Below are positions 23,574 through 35,204 of a stretch of 64,000 bases of DNA, piece after piece. The notes beneath the pieces are model-generated. The model saw only the letters and a program-made list of their open reading frames with translations, made no database searches and had not been told where the DNA came from. A program made the position numbers and the translations under genes. The stretch is from contig NC_134027.1 of assembly GCF_964204645.1 (NCBI RefSeq), forward strand, positions 4,682,485 to 4,746,484, in the 5' to 3' direction. Within the stretch, counting starts at the first letter, position 1; every line of letters begins with the position of its first letter. This DNA is from Tubulanus polymorphus. Taxonomy: Eukaryota; Animalia; Nemertea.

Positions 23574-26500
23574 ATGATATTTGTCGTAAATTTCGGGATT
23601 TTTGTAAATCTAATAAACCTTATGTGGGCGATCACGTCATTCGAGACCAGCGTTGACATTATCAACAGCAAAAGTAAGTACCGATAAAACTCAACTTAGG
23701 AATGAACAGTCAGTAGTTGACCTTTTCTCTTCTACTAGATTTACATACAAACCGAATAGTCCACCAATAATTAAACACAAATATTCATGTGAATCAGAAT
23801 CAGAATCTTAATCGTGAGCGTATTTAACTATTTTCACTTATGAATATTTTTATTCATATGTTCGTTTTTTTTCAGATTGTGATATTACTATTACAAACGC
23901 AAGCAGTGGATCTATATCGTTTCCTGGTTACTTTTCATCGGTAGTTGTTGGATATAAATCGAATTGTACTGTTACGATAAATGCGCCGACAAAACAGCAC
24001 AAGATTATTCTTAGAATTATGGAATTAGATTTTCGAGAACAGAATCAACAGAATAAATGCGATCTTACGTCGACGGGGTTCGTAAGAATTGGTGATATTG
24101 CCACCGGGTCGGTCAATATGTGCGGACAGATTTCAGGCGATAACGAATCTTCGAGATTGGTTTACCAATCAGTTATGGATCGGATTATCATAAATTTTTT
24201 AAACCTATCTGAAAATATGTTTAACGACAGTATGACAAGAGTATTTAATGCAACATACGCTACGTACAAATCATGTAAAAACACTACAATAAGAACCGCC
24301 TGTGGAACTTACGATAGCAGTGCAGCGCCTTTTACTTCGTATAACCTGTTTTATCAAACTTGTAAGACAACAATAGAGATTCCTGAAAAGACACATTTTA
24401 TTCGTCTTGAGTTTTCCGAGTTTTTTACTTCCGTGGATGATGAAACTTACCCAGCTTTTAAGGGTGAAAATTGTAGCAACAATACTTTTATAGAAATTGA
24501 CGATGGCTTCCATACTCAACGATTCTGCGGTAATTGGAGCGCGCACATTTGGAAAATGGTTTTTTACTCGAAAACAAATAAAATGTCACTTATTTTTAAC
24601 TCTGCCAGACAGTTGATCAAACCAAGCTTCCGCGCTAAGTGGACTAGTGTAACGAAAAGGTTTTATCAATGCCCCAAGAACTGGACGATATACGGAAAAT
24701 ATTGCGTTCGCGTTTTTCGGGGTGCTGTTACCTGGGCTCGGGCCAGGGATTTGTGTTCGATGGAGATCGATGGCACACTCGCGAGCGCGGATAGTCGTGC
24801 AGATACAAACAAGTTATATTCGATTATTGAGAAAAGGTATGTTTTAATGAAACACGGTAAATATAAAAGTACCGTAGCATTAATTACGTCATTATGATCA
24901 ATGATACAAAAGCGAACTGTATCGGTAATTTGACCACTTTCGACTAGTGTCATTCGCATTTGCAGTTATCGCAATGATAAGAATATGATGCACTCAACTT
25001 TCTGGATCGGTGCGAATGATCGACGGTATGAAAATGATTTCTACTGGACGACGGGGCGTAAGGTGCTTGTCGCAGGTAGGTTACTGCAACAAAAATCGGT
25101 AAACTATATTAAATGAACATGGGTTTAATTATAGACATAATATTACGTCAAACGCGTAAGCGGCTCTACTCACTTATTCAAAATCATTTTCATTCATTAT
25201 GATTTTTATTTTCACTGAAGATCTTTCACCTCTCTTCTATTTTAAATTCATTTTGATTTTGCAGACTGGTTTCCTGGATGGCCACAGTTTTCCAATTACG
25301 GTCGTCAACCAAATGATGATGGATACAGCGACCAGAACTGTGTCGAAATTAGGCGGGTTTTTCGTTACCCAAATAAAGGTGTCGGAGTAGCAGATCGTTT
25401 TTATTGGAATGATGCTCACTGCGATATGAAAAAAAATTTTATTTGCCAGATTCCAAATGCCGGAGGTAATTCAACCTGAGATCCACAAGACCACTGAATC
25501 TAAAATACAACGCTGACCTTGTTATCGTACTAAGATTGATGCCCAAACAAGCAAATGTTATTTTTCAAAAATGTAAATCTGATTTTCGAAAAGCTATATT
25601 CATGCAGATCAAATCTATGTGTACCATGACATAGTTATTCCTAAAATGAAAATGCCAAATCAAGAAAGTATGTTTTGTAAAAATGAATAATATCGGTTTG
25701 CGATAGCTGGTTTCATTTGTGTGGCTGAGATTCAGGTCTAACTCCACTCTATTTCAAGTTTACAGAATGAATCATGATTATATTAATGATATACGTATAT
25801 ATGTGATGAACGCGTTCGCAGTAAAATGTTAACGCGCATGAAAAGGTTGTCATTAGCAACTTGTCACTTGTGGAGCCAAAAGCCAGCGCAAGCGTTTAAT
25901 TTAGTATTTTCACATTGAAATGAAAAATAATGCAGGCGATCATTTTACGTATTCATTACAAGCAATACGGGCCTTTTTATTCGTTAACCTTTGAACGTGA
26001 TGTGCCAGATGGCCTTTGTCCACACAATCACAGGGGCTCGGCGTATTTGAATTTTGGGGGTGAACTGTAGCTTAGATCATCCAATGTCCAAGGTACTATA
26101 ATATATATAAAAAGATATGTTTTCTGAAAATTTTGCTCTCCTAAGCTCAGAATACGTGCATTTGATGAATAGATTCTGGTTATTAACAAAATATAAGATG
26201 TTGGGCTTCGATTGATGCATCGTTTGTTGGATTTGGACGCAGAAATCACCACGAGCTCTTCACTTGAAGTTGAAAGGTAGAGGATTTTTGCTGCCATCGC
26301 AATTGCCGTACAGGATATTTTGGGGCTCTCCGACGCGTCTAATCGCGATTTTGAGTGGTGAAACGTTATCAAATGGCTTTCAAGTAGACATACTTAAAAA
26401 ATATAGGATGTTTTGAACAATTTTAAACATATTTCATCGAAATCCTTTGGATATTTTAGGAGTAATAGCGAATTTAAATCGAATTGTCTGTATACGAGAT

Positions 26501-29500
26501 TTCCACCCTTTTCTTTGTATACATGTATATGTAGTACCTTGGATATTGGATGATCTAAGCAACAGTTCACACCTAAACTTCAAATACTAGCCCCTGTGCA
26601 CACCGTGCCGCAACAGTACTGATGATTCCTTTTCTAGTAGATACAATTGATGTTTGCAGGTCATGTGGATTTGGAGCCTACTTCCACATATTGCGATAGA
26701 AAATTGACTGCTGATATAGATAAAACCGTTTTTTACGTCAGTCCTAATCATCCAAAATCATATACCGATTTTCTACGATGTTCTGTGATAGTTCTATCAA
26801 AGGCTGATCATCGCATTCGATTGGACTTCAATCATTTTTATCTAGAAGCTCATGACAAGTACGCATATCCGGATTGAAATATATTTACAAACGTTGACTT
26901 ACCCAACATTGAATGTATAACTTTTCTTTTCAGTTGCATTTACGATTATTTAGAAGTTTGGTCTGAAACCGACGATGGAGATGTCTCAGATCGGCAAACC
27001 TATTGCGGTAATTGGAACAGGAAAATAAAACAAATGCGATACATCAGCGCAACGAATCGAGTTGTAATGCGTTTTGTGACAGATCATTCACATGTAGAAA
27101 CTGGTTTCAATGTATCAATTACTGCTCTTAAACGTAAGAGGCTTTCAGCTCTTAGAATCTATAGACGTGAATATTCACGTTAATTGTACGTTGTTCTTAC
27201 GTCAATCTTATATTACATATATTACACCCTAATACTCTACGCTAAAAATGATTTAATTATTCGAGTAGCCTATAGCGAAAATGGTTCTTTGAAAGTATTT
27301 CCGAAGTTTTCCCCCATGTTAATATTTCTTTTTAGTCGACAATCCTTGCAAACAATGGCCGGGATCGGTAAATGCATTCAAAAGTTGCTATTTGATTTTA
27401 AATCGACCGATGGTTTATAAAGATGCCGAAAAAGCTTGTTCGATGCGCAATCATTCGAAGCTAGCTGTAGTTAAATCATTAGCTGAAGACATTTTCGTAT
27501 CAAACCTTACGCACAAAACCGTCCGTGAGTAATCATAGTTTTCTTTTGATAAATGAGTAGTATTTTTTTTATTCGGCAAAAAATATTGGTAAGTAGCATA
27601 TACGTATGCTTTGCGCTTATCATTTCAGCTACGAACAGCTACGCCTGGCTTGGAGGGCAAACAATTCAAAATAGTTGGTTAAGGGCAACAAACAACAAGT
27701 CCTTAAATAATGAAGGTAAGTAGCATCTAATCAGAAAATTCCATGGATTAGAAAGTGATTCATTAATGCTAATGGACACATTTATGATTTGCATTATTCG
27801 ATTGAATCATTAATTTTTGTCATCGCTTCTTTCGGAGGTGCTTGGAAGTCAAATACATCTAAAGAATCAACAGGTTGTTTGGCTTATTCTGTGATAGAGA
27901 GCTATTCTAGTGTATTACCGTGGCACAATCTAAACTGTTCGCGTTCAGTCGCGGCATCTTTATGTGAATCGCCTGAAATTAATCCGATTACAGGCTGGTT
28001 CCGAGGTATGTAACCTTAGATTATTTTAAGTATGGTAAACTCACAACATTATTTGATTATCACCGACGTATAAACTAGCGTTTTCATCGTCCATGATTTA
28101 ATATCCGGTATATTTCCCCCATACGAGTATTCTCGTGATAGATAACTCGTTATTTTTTTTGTTTCCAGGCCAGCCGCCAAAGAACTATAACCAGACAATA
28201 TCAGTTACTCCTCCAAAAGTGGCTGGATTTATCAGTAGTAAAAACATAACTGGAATGTCAAATTATAGCGACAACGAACGGTATTCTATCGAAATCAAGT
28301 TTCCGCCTGGTTATAGAGTTTTGATAAACGTAACTCATTTGGACATAGAACCCCAGGAAACCTGTTTGTACGACTACCTCGCATTTCAGGACACCGCACA
28401 TTCGGCGTTAACTCGTTTTTGCGGTTACAATAAACACAGTCTGAAATATTCATCTGAAAGCAGCAGTGTCATTATCGTGTTTAAATCCGACTACACAGTA
28501 TCCGGACATGGCTGGGCATTAAACTGGATCGGTGTCAATGCGTCGGATTGTCAAAATCGAAATATCGAATTAACCGGCGAAAATGAGGAAATCAAGCTTA
28601 CATCTTTAGGATATCCTTTGATGTACCCTAAGAATATGAATTGCTCAACGCATATTACTGTTTACAATACGTATCGTATTTGGATCGAATTCACTGAATT
28701 TCAGCTCGACTACTCGAGTGGTCAGTGTACAGATTATTTGCAATTGATATATGTAACTGCTGTCCCTAAATATGTTACACTTAAACAGAAATTATGCGGA
28801 AACCTTAATGGCCAGTTGTCTAGGCTACGGTTCCTTACGCCGAGGGATAAATTGACTCTTCGCTTCCAAAGTGATTACTCGAATGATAGCGGGTTAGGAT
28901 ACAAGGCGAAATTTAAAAAAGGTAGTGACAATAAACCATTTTACAGTGTTGCTACCCAAAATTTAGTTTAGGGTACTCTTGTCCTGTATTGTTAGGTCAT
29001 TTTTTCTCTTACCTTTTTCAACCTATTTGTCATGCGTGTTTTATAGATCCATAGATGGATTTTTACGGTTTTAGCAACCTTCAAACCACGCGAATCTCTG
29101 GTTTCCAATTATGTATAATACGCATCAAAAATAGTTTAAAAAAAAGAAAAAAATGACCCAACAATACAGGACAAAAGTACCCTAACAAAATGGCGGCTTG
29201 CAACTGTAAAATGGTCTATTGCTGTAGGGCCTTACATCTATATTGTTCCGCAATTTTCTCGGTACTAACATTCTCTTCGAGAACTTCTTTTCATTATAAA
29301 TTATTCAAAATAGATTTTACCTAATGTAATTTTCTCAATAATCACATGTCCTTTCATGTCCATTTTACATCAGCGCCGGTGTACGCAATAGAAAGAATCT
29401 CGATGTTACACTGCAATTTTTTTTACAGTTCCACTTGGATATTTCGAATACCGAGATACTGTACTGTTACAGAAGAATGAAACAGGACAGCTGAGCAGCA

Positions 29501-32500
29501 TTAATTTTCCTCTGGATTATCCGCAAAGCTTTTTCCATAAGATTACGTTAAAAACGAAGATCGGATATCGGATAATAATTAACCTGATAGAACTCGATAT
29601 TCAATCATCGGATGGGTGTAAAATTGACTACTTCCTTGTGGAAGATCGACTCAGTCAACGTACGGCTCCGTACGATCGTTTATGTGGTAACTTTAAACGT
29701 AAAAAACCGATAAGACAGTGGACCTCATACATGCATACGATAAACATTACTCTAAAAAGTGGGCAAAGAACTGTGTTCGGATTTCGTGGATACGATATGA
29801 CATATGCGTCAGATATAGGTAAATGTTGCTCTCGAAATAAGAAAAGGATAAACAAAAGAAATAAGCATAAATTGAATATCATAATTAGAGTCAATGCTTG
29901 TTAATCAACAGACACAGCTATACTGACAAAGACAAAAAAGGATATGGGATTGGTCCTTGAGGAGTGTGGTGATGAAACCTGTTTTAATGGTGGAGTATGC
30001 AGTGTTGTCGATGGAGGCTTCATTTGCTCTTGCACTAATGAGTACACTGGTAAAAAGTTTAGTCCGGTATACCGATAATTGCATATTTCAAACATTGACA
30101 TCAATCAAATTGAAATTTCAGGATTGTTTTGTCAAAGTATATGGTGTGAAATCGAGCCTTGTGTACGGGGACGGTGTCAGAGTATTAATCATACTAATCC
30201 GGGTTATAGATGCTTATGTGAAAAAGGGTTCCTTGGAAGTATTTGTGACATGGATGACGCGATGTGTCGGTTGAAGATGTGCTCTGGTCACGGCCAATGC
30301 GTAAGCACCGATGATTTCGGGGCTTTTACGTGCACGTGTGACAATCAGTATCAGGGTATGTATCTCAAGCAAAGGCCTCTTCTTCATAAACCATTAGAAC
30401 TATGCTTTAACTTTCGTGAATGTGGTTTTTAGGTCCATTTTGTAAACAATACATACAACCAATGACGAAGAACGTGAGTGATAAGCTAAAAAATGAACCA
30501 TTTTGGATTGGAGTCATCGTTGTATTGTCAGTCCTAGTTATTGCAGCAATCATCGTTTGCATTAAAAGAAAATGTGCGCATCATTTTGACTGTGTGGGAA
30601 ATAAGAGGAAAGAAGACAATCCATATGATGACAAAGGTATGGCCTTCCTTTCACCAACCAATATTGAACTCTAAATTCAGCAAATTTGTAAATCGTTTAA
30701 GACCTTCATTCTCAATTAGGTAGAATATTTTTTGACGTGATTTTGTATTCTTATTACATTTTAGATGGCGTCAGTAAAACAAGGCGCTTAAGTTGTCTGC
30801 TTACGTACGATAATCCATCATTTTCTATAGAAAATTCCCCGGATGTTCGAAGAAAATCGACGACTGTTGTAAGGGTAAGAGTTCTTTCTCTTTGTCCTGA
30901 ATAGTTTAACTATCAAAGAATTTATATTTGTTTTAATATATTTCAGTTTGAAAATGTGTCCAGTTCGCTATCATTGGATTCTCAAAAATCAACGCTCCCT
31001 TCTCCGGCAATAGATGAATGTAATTCACAAGCCGCTGTGCGGATGTTTGCCGCCTATAATCATCAGAGCGTGCATACTGATAATGGCCCCCTAGGGAGTA
31101 GTGGTCCACTGGGAAGTGCTACGTCACTTCAGGAACATCATTCTACTGGAATGAAAGGTGGCCAGATACTTTTTAGCCCAGCCGATATTGGGGGTAGCCG
31201 AGATAGTTTCTTGAATATAATTCCTGATTTTGAGCAACCGATAAAGCGAGTTCGCAGCGTCAGTCGTTTGGCTTCTATACGGCGTCAAAAAAGTAAACAA
31301 GATTTCGCATTGAATCTCACGAGTAAATCCCGCTCATTTGAGGATGCTATTAACTCATTTGATACAAATGTTGCTAAAGATTTACAAAAGCGCAAATCCA
31401 GACGATTAACATCTCGAGACACGCTTGAGGTCGAAGGTCCCAAGTTCGATCGAATGCACAGTTTAGAGAGTTCGCTTAGGAGGAAAGCCTTCGCGAACAA
31501 TCCACAAATAACTATTGAAGTGTCGCCATCGACACTGGAAGAGAATATCGGATATAGAGATCTAGACAGGTGTGATGAGCATGTTCAAAAACAACGACCA
31601 GCCTCCAGACAAGCATCAAATGACAGTAGATCTAGTAAAAATTCTAACCACCTATCCATGCCAGCCTCCGAGCAAGCATCGTTTGATTCTAGTTGTTCCG
31701 ATGCAGCGTATTATTCATCGTCGAAAAGAAGGAATTCTCGACGTGAACGTTTTCGCTCGTCCTATAAACATAACGAGTCAATCTCGAGTAGTTGTAGCAA
31801 TCACAGTAACAATCGTAAGTACTCTAGACATATGTCACGTCACCGACGAAAATCTAAAAATGCGCTCGAAGATCATTCAAATCTCCCGAACCTACACGAA
31901 TGCAGAATAGATGATAAGGATACTGTTCGACATAGTCGCCATCATTCGTCACATCGGCGCAGTAGCAGAAGTTCAAACCGTCGGCGCCATTCCAGCTATC
32001 ATGTCACATCCGATCAATCATCTCGAAAAAGCCGAAGTTCAGAGCATATCGGCAGTCAAAGAAAGTGTAGATTAGTACATACGCGATCGTTCGATCCAGA
32101 AATCGCTAATAATTCCACCCGTAGATCAACGAGATTGCGCAAATCATTTAGTCAGGATGACGGTGATGATGAAATGAGCATAAAGTATGTCAACAAAGAC
32201 TGGGCACCGGGTAGAAAGCTTTCCGGGGGTAAAATCTTTCTAGAAGTTCCTGAGATGTACATCGAAAATCATTTGCAATCGAATCCGTTCGATCCTGACA
32301 GCCAATTCGAGGTCACGTCACCGACGCAGGCTCTAACAGACGAGAGTTCTACAAAAACAAACAGCGAACATGAACATGACAGACAAACTGCTGATATACG
32401 ACATCAAGCGACAACGACCAACGATAGACTCGATAATGAAAGTGACCGATCATCGGCCGGTTCTACGTCAGTCTGTGTTCCAAACGGGAACGCCTCGGCA

Positions 32501-33457
32501 TCAAATGACAGCGGACAAGGTCGACTAACACGCTCCGATGATTCGGATACTGAGGATCAAATACATTTGAACGACCGTTTATCCAGTCTAACTTCAAACA
32601 ATAATCGCCAGAAAATGAAACCCGTTGCATCGCGAGACATACGGCAAAAATCGAAAAATCCGTTCAGGGATTCTGCCTATCAAACGAAAGAACATTCAAT
32701 TTCGAAACCTCCATCAGCGACGTTGAGTCCAACAACTCCTTCATCTGTTACTAGATATAAAGAGATGCCGGTCACACCACGAAGTAGCACACTAACCCCC
32801 AAAAGGTACGCATTATATTGAAATTAATATTCTTATGGTCTTTACTAACAGCAAGTAGTCAGTAACATAATCCAAGCAACGGCAAGATCTGGTGTTTCTT
32901 CATTTATTTTTGGTTCAACCGAATTCTACGTCCATTCAAATTTGAAAGTGCTTTTGTATCAATTCTTTTAGTTTTGAAGATGAGAGAGTGACAAGTCAAC
33001 TAGAGGCAGCGGCAAAGAAGCTAGAAAATCTTAGAGGAAATGGAGAATTTGACTCTAGAGTAAATGAACATTCAAAAACCACTTGGTAAAGGTTTCGTTC
33101 TTAAGAATTAGCATCATAAGAATTACATAAGAATTACACACAGGACTCAACGCGATGGCATTTTAGATACAATCTTATCATCTTCCATAAGATTCAAATA
33201 TAGTAACTTTGTTTAACTTGGTTCAATACATTTACAGTTTGTCCTTAACATTCTGGCATTTCGTTTTATTATATATTTTCAGGGGGAACCGGCGAATTAG
33301 CCTCGGGAATTGTCGTGTTTCGCTTATATCGGACATACCGGAGGCCCATGAACCGGAACTAGGGGATGAAATAGTGCCTATGGATACGTTTTCTCCGCAC
33401 CCAATTTTCTTGGAAATGGATCGGGACGTGCGGTCTACTGATGAATACATGGTTTAG
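23574..33457 (+). CDS. Large type I membrane protein: signal peptide, CUB-CUB-CTLD-CUB-CTLD-CUB-CUB-CUB-EGFx3-TM, long Ser/Arg/His-rich cytoplasmic tail (~18 exons, roughly 2,050 aa)
   Basis: Signal exon 23574-23673 (MIFVVNFGIFVNLINLMWAITS). CUB motifs (SPNHPKSY, CLYDYL...FCG...FKSDYTVSGHGW). CTLD motifs (CPKNW..YGKYC, FWIGAND, QPNDDG..QNCVE, WNDAHC). EGF repeats at 29911-30356. TM FWIGVIVVLSVLVIAAIIVCI. Long exon 30947-32805, then exons 32972-33085 and 33283-33457 ending DEYMV*. One acceptor near 27837 is uncertain. Confidence 0.85.
26029..26598. mobile_element. MITE with ~70-bp terminal inverted repeats in a CUB-gene intron
   Basis: CACAGGGGCT..GTATTTGAA..TGAACTGT.GCTTAGATCATCCAAT.TCCAAGGTACTA at 26029 is the reverse complement of about 26532-26598. 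Flanks CACACAAT and CACACCGT match at 6/8, consistent with a decayed 8-bp TSD. Confidence 0.8.
28929..29221. mobile_element. ~290-bp fold-back MITE just inside a CUB-gene intron
   Basis: CAATAAACCATTTTACAG...TAGGGTACTCTTGTCCTGTATTGTTAGGTCATTTTTT pairs with AAAAAATGACCCAACAATACAGGACAAAAGTACCCTA...CTGTAAAATGGTCTATTG. Confidence 0.8.
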
Positions 33458-33829
33458 AATGATGTATATTTAAACTTATAACATTCCATTTCACGTATAT
33501 AATATATACTAAACGTTATCTTCCAGATATCATCTCGTCTCTTTTTGTGTAACTTTTGTCGTCTTTCCTCCATGCACACTTTCATTCCGGACATTGGTTT
33601 TGTTGCATTTCTAATATTTTTGAACCTCTTTCGACCGCTGGATCTTACACTACGGGTGTCGGGTTCGTGCGAGATAAGGACACTGCTTTTCTCGAGGTTA
33701 CTGAATTCCCTTTCTGAAAGATCCTCGCATTTCAATATCTTTTAAGAGAGGTTCTATTTCTACAATGACCATCTAAAGTGAAATAAACAACATTTATGCG
33801 TCATACGAAGAAAAAGCCTATACTTTTCC

Positions 33830-34774
33830 TTACTTACGAGGATCACATCGCATTCTACGAATCATATAATTTCGAACTTCGTCCCCAGAAAATAGATAGA
33901 TATAGAAATTAATTGCACTGTTTGTTGCATACAGAATGCTCGTAATAGTGGATATGTCATTCAGTGTTTGTTCCTCTAGCTGTACACGATTTAACATAAA
34001 AACAAATACGGATAATGCGTTTGGCAAAGTACACACTGTATACAATATGGCTACCATCAGAACCATCATAGTTGCCTTTCTGGCTGATGCCGATTTCCCT
34101 GTAGATTTTCCAAAACCGGTATTTCGACGAAGGGCCACGATTAATAGTATATTCAAGAGCAAAATTGAAAACATTGGCATATAACCCATCGTAATGGGAC
34201 CAATCGTGAAGTTAATGTTAATCCAAAAATCATTCATGACACAACCACCGTTGTGGAACTCAGTGGCCACGACAACGTATAATTTTCCAATTGACCAAAA
34301 TAACACTAATGCCACGATTACTTTCCTAGAAAATGTTGGCGTGGCTACTGTTCTCGCCGAAAACGGCCAAACTACGATTACAAATCTTTCCAATGTCAGC
34401 ACTATCACTATCCACGAACTGTTAACATCGGTGAATGCGGCTAAGTATTCATAGAATTTACAAGAGAATGTGTTTGTGAACGTAAGGATAATTTCAGGGT
34501 ATGTTACGTAGTTGACAAACGGAATCGTGTAAACTAACAATGTAAACGTATCAAATACTGCCAAAGCAGCTAGATACTGCGAGTACGAAAATACAGAAAA
34601 TCTATGGCTTGTCATCACCAAGTAACTACAAACATTTCCATAAATTCCCAAAATGCAAATGATAGGAGTGACAACCAGCCGAAACGTTCGGATAGCTGGA
34701 TTGATGCTAAACAGAGGTGCATCAACTATAATAGAGGCGTAGTATGTTGCCTTGTAATTTGATGACGAATTCAT
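33830..34774 (-). CDS. Class A (rhodopsin-like) GPCR, FMRFamide/sex-peptide-receptor-like peptide receptor group, intronless
   Basis: Seven hydrophobic segments. GIYGN (TM1), YLAALAVFD (TM2), C + SSWIVIVLTLERF..V.WP (TM3), CTLP (TM6), NSAINFYIY (TM7). N-glycosylation site in MNSS. An upstream near-cognate start at 34801 is also possible. Confidence 0.88.
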   Translation of the reverse strand: MNSSSNYKATYYASIIVDAPLFSINPAIRTFRLVVTPIICILGIYGNVCSYLVMTSHRFSVFSYSQYLAALAVFDTFTLLVYTIPFVNYVTYPEIILTFTNTFSCKFYEYLAAFTDVNSSWIVIVLTLERFVIVVWPFSARTVATPTFSRKVIVALVLFWSIGKLYVVVATEFHNGGCVMNDFWININFTIGPITMGYMPMFSILLLNILLIVALRRNTGFGKSTGKSASARKATMMVLMVAILYTVCTLPNALSVFVFMLNRVQLEEQTLNDISTITSILYATNSAINFYIYLFSGDEVRNYMIRRMRCDPRK

Positions 34775-35204
34775 CTTGAGGCTAACACGACCACGATTCA
34801 ATTACACGTGTAGGTTCCTACCGAGTTTTAATGAACTCAAGTTTTCGTATCAAATTTACACGTGATAATTGGGAGGAGTAAGAAACCTTATATTGGTAAT
34901 CGATAACACAAAATATCCATTTACATTTTGGCGAGACTTCGATACATTCAACTGATATAGTGCATTTTCTTAATTTCATATCACTAGGAATATGATTTTA
35001 TATTTCCCATGATAAAATAATGAGCCAAGTCCAAAATTTTCCTTTATGTAAAAAATGAGATAAAATTGAAGATGCAATGGAATTCTTTATACAGAAAAAT
35101 GAAAATGATTCAATAATTAGATTTTGTATATCTTTATTCTTCTCTTATGTAACTGGAGTTATGGATTCAATATACAAGAACGATCAACAGAGCTTGTTCT
35201 TTTA

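Noticed and set aside
32806-32821. ORF-track stop at 32821 as the main end of the CUB gene
   Set aside because: A good donor at 32806 and two further in-frame exons extend the protein to 33457.
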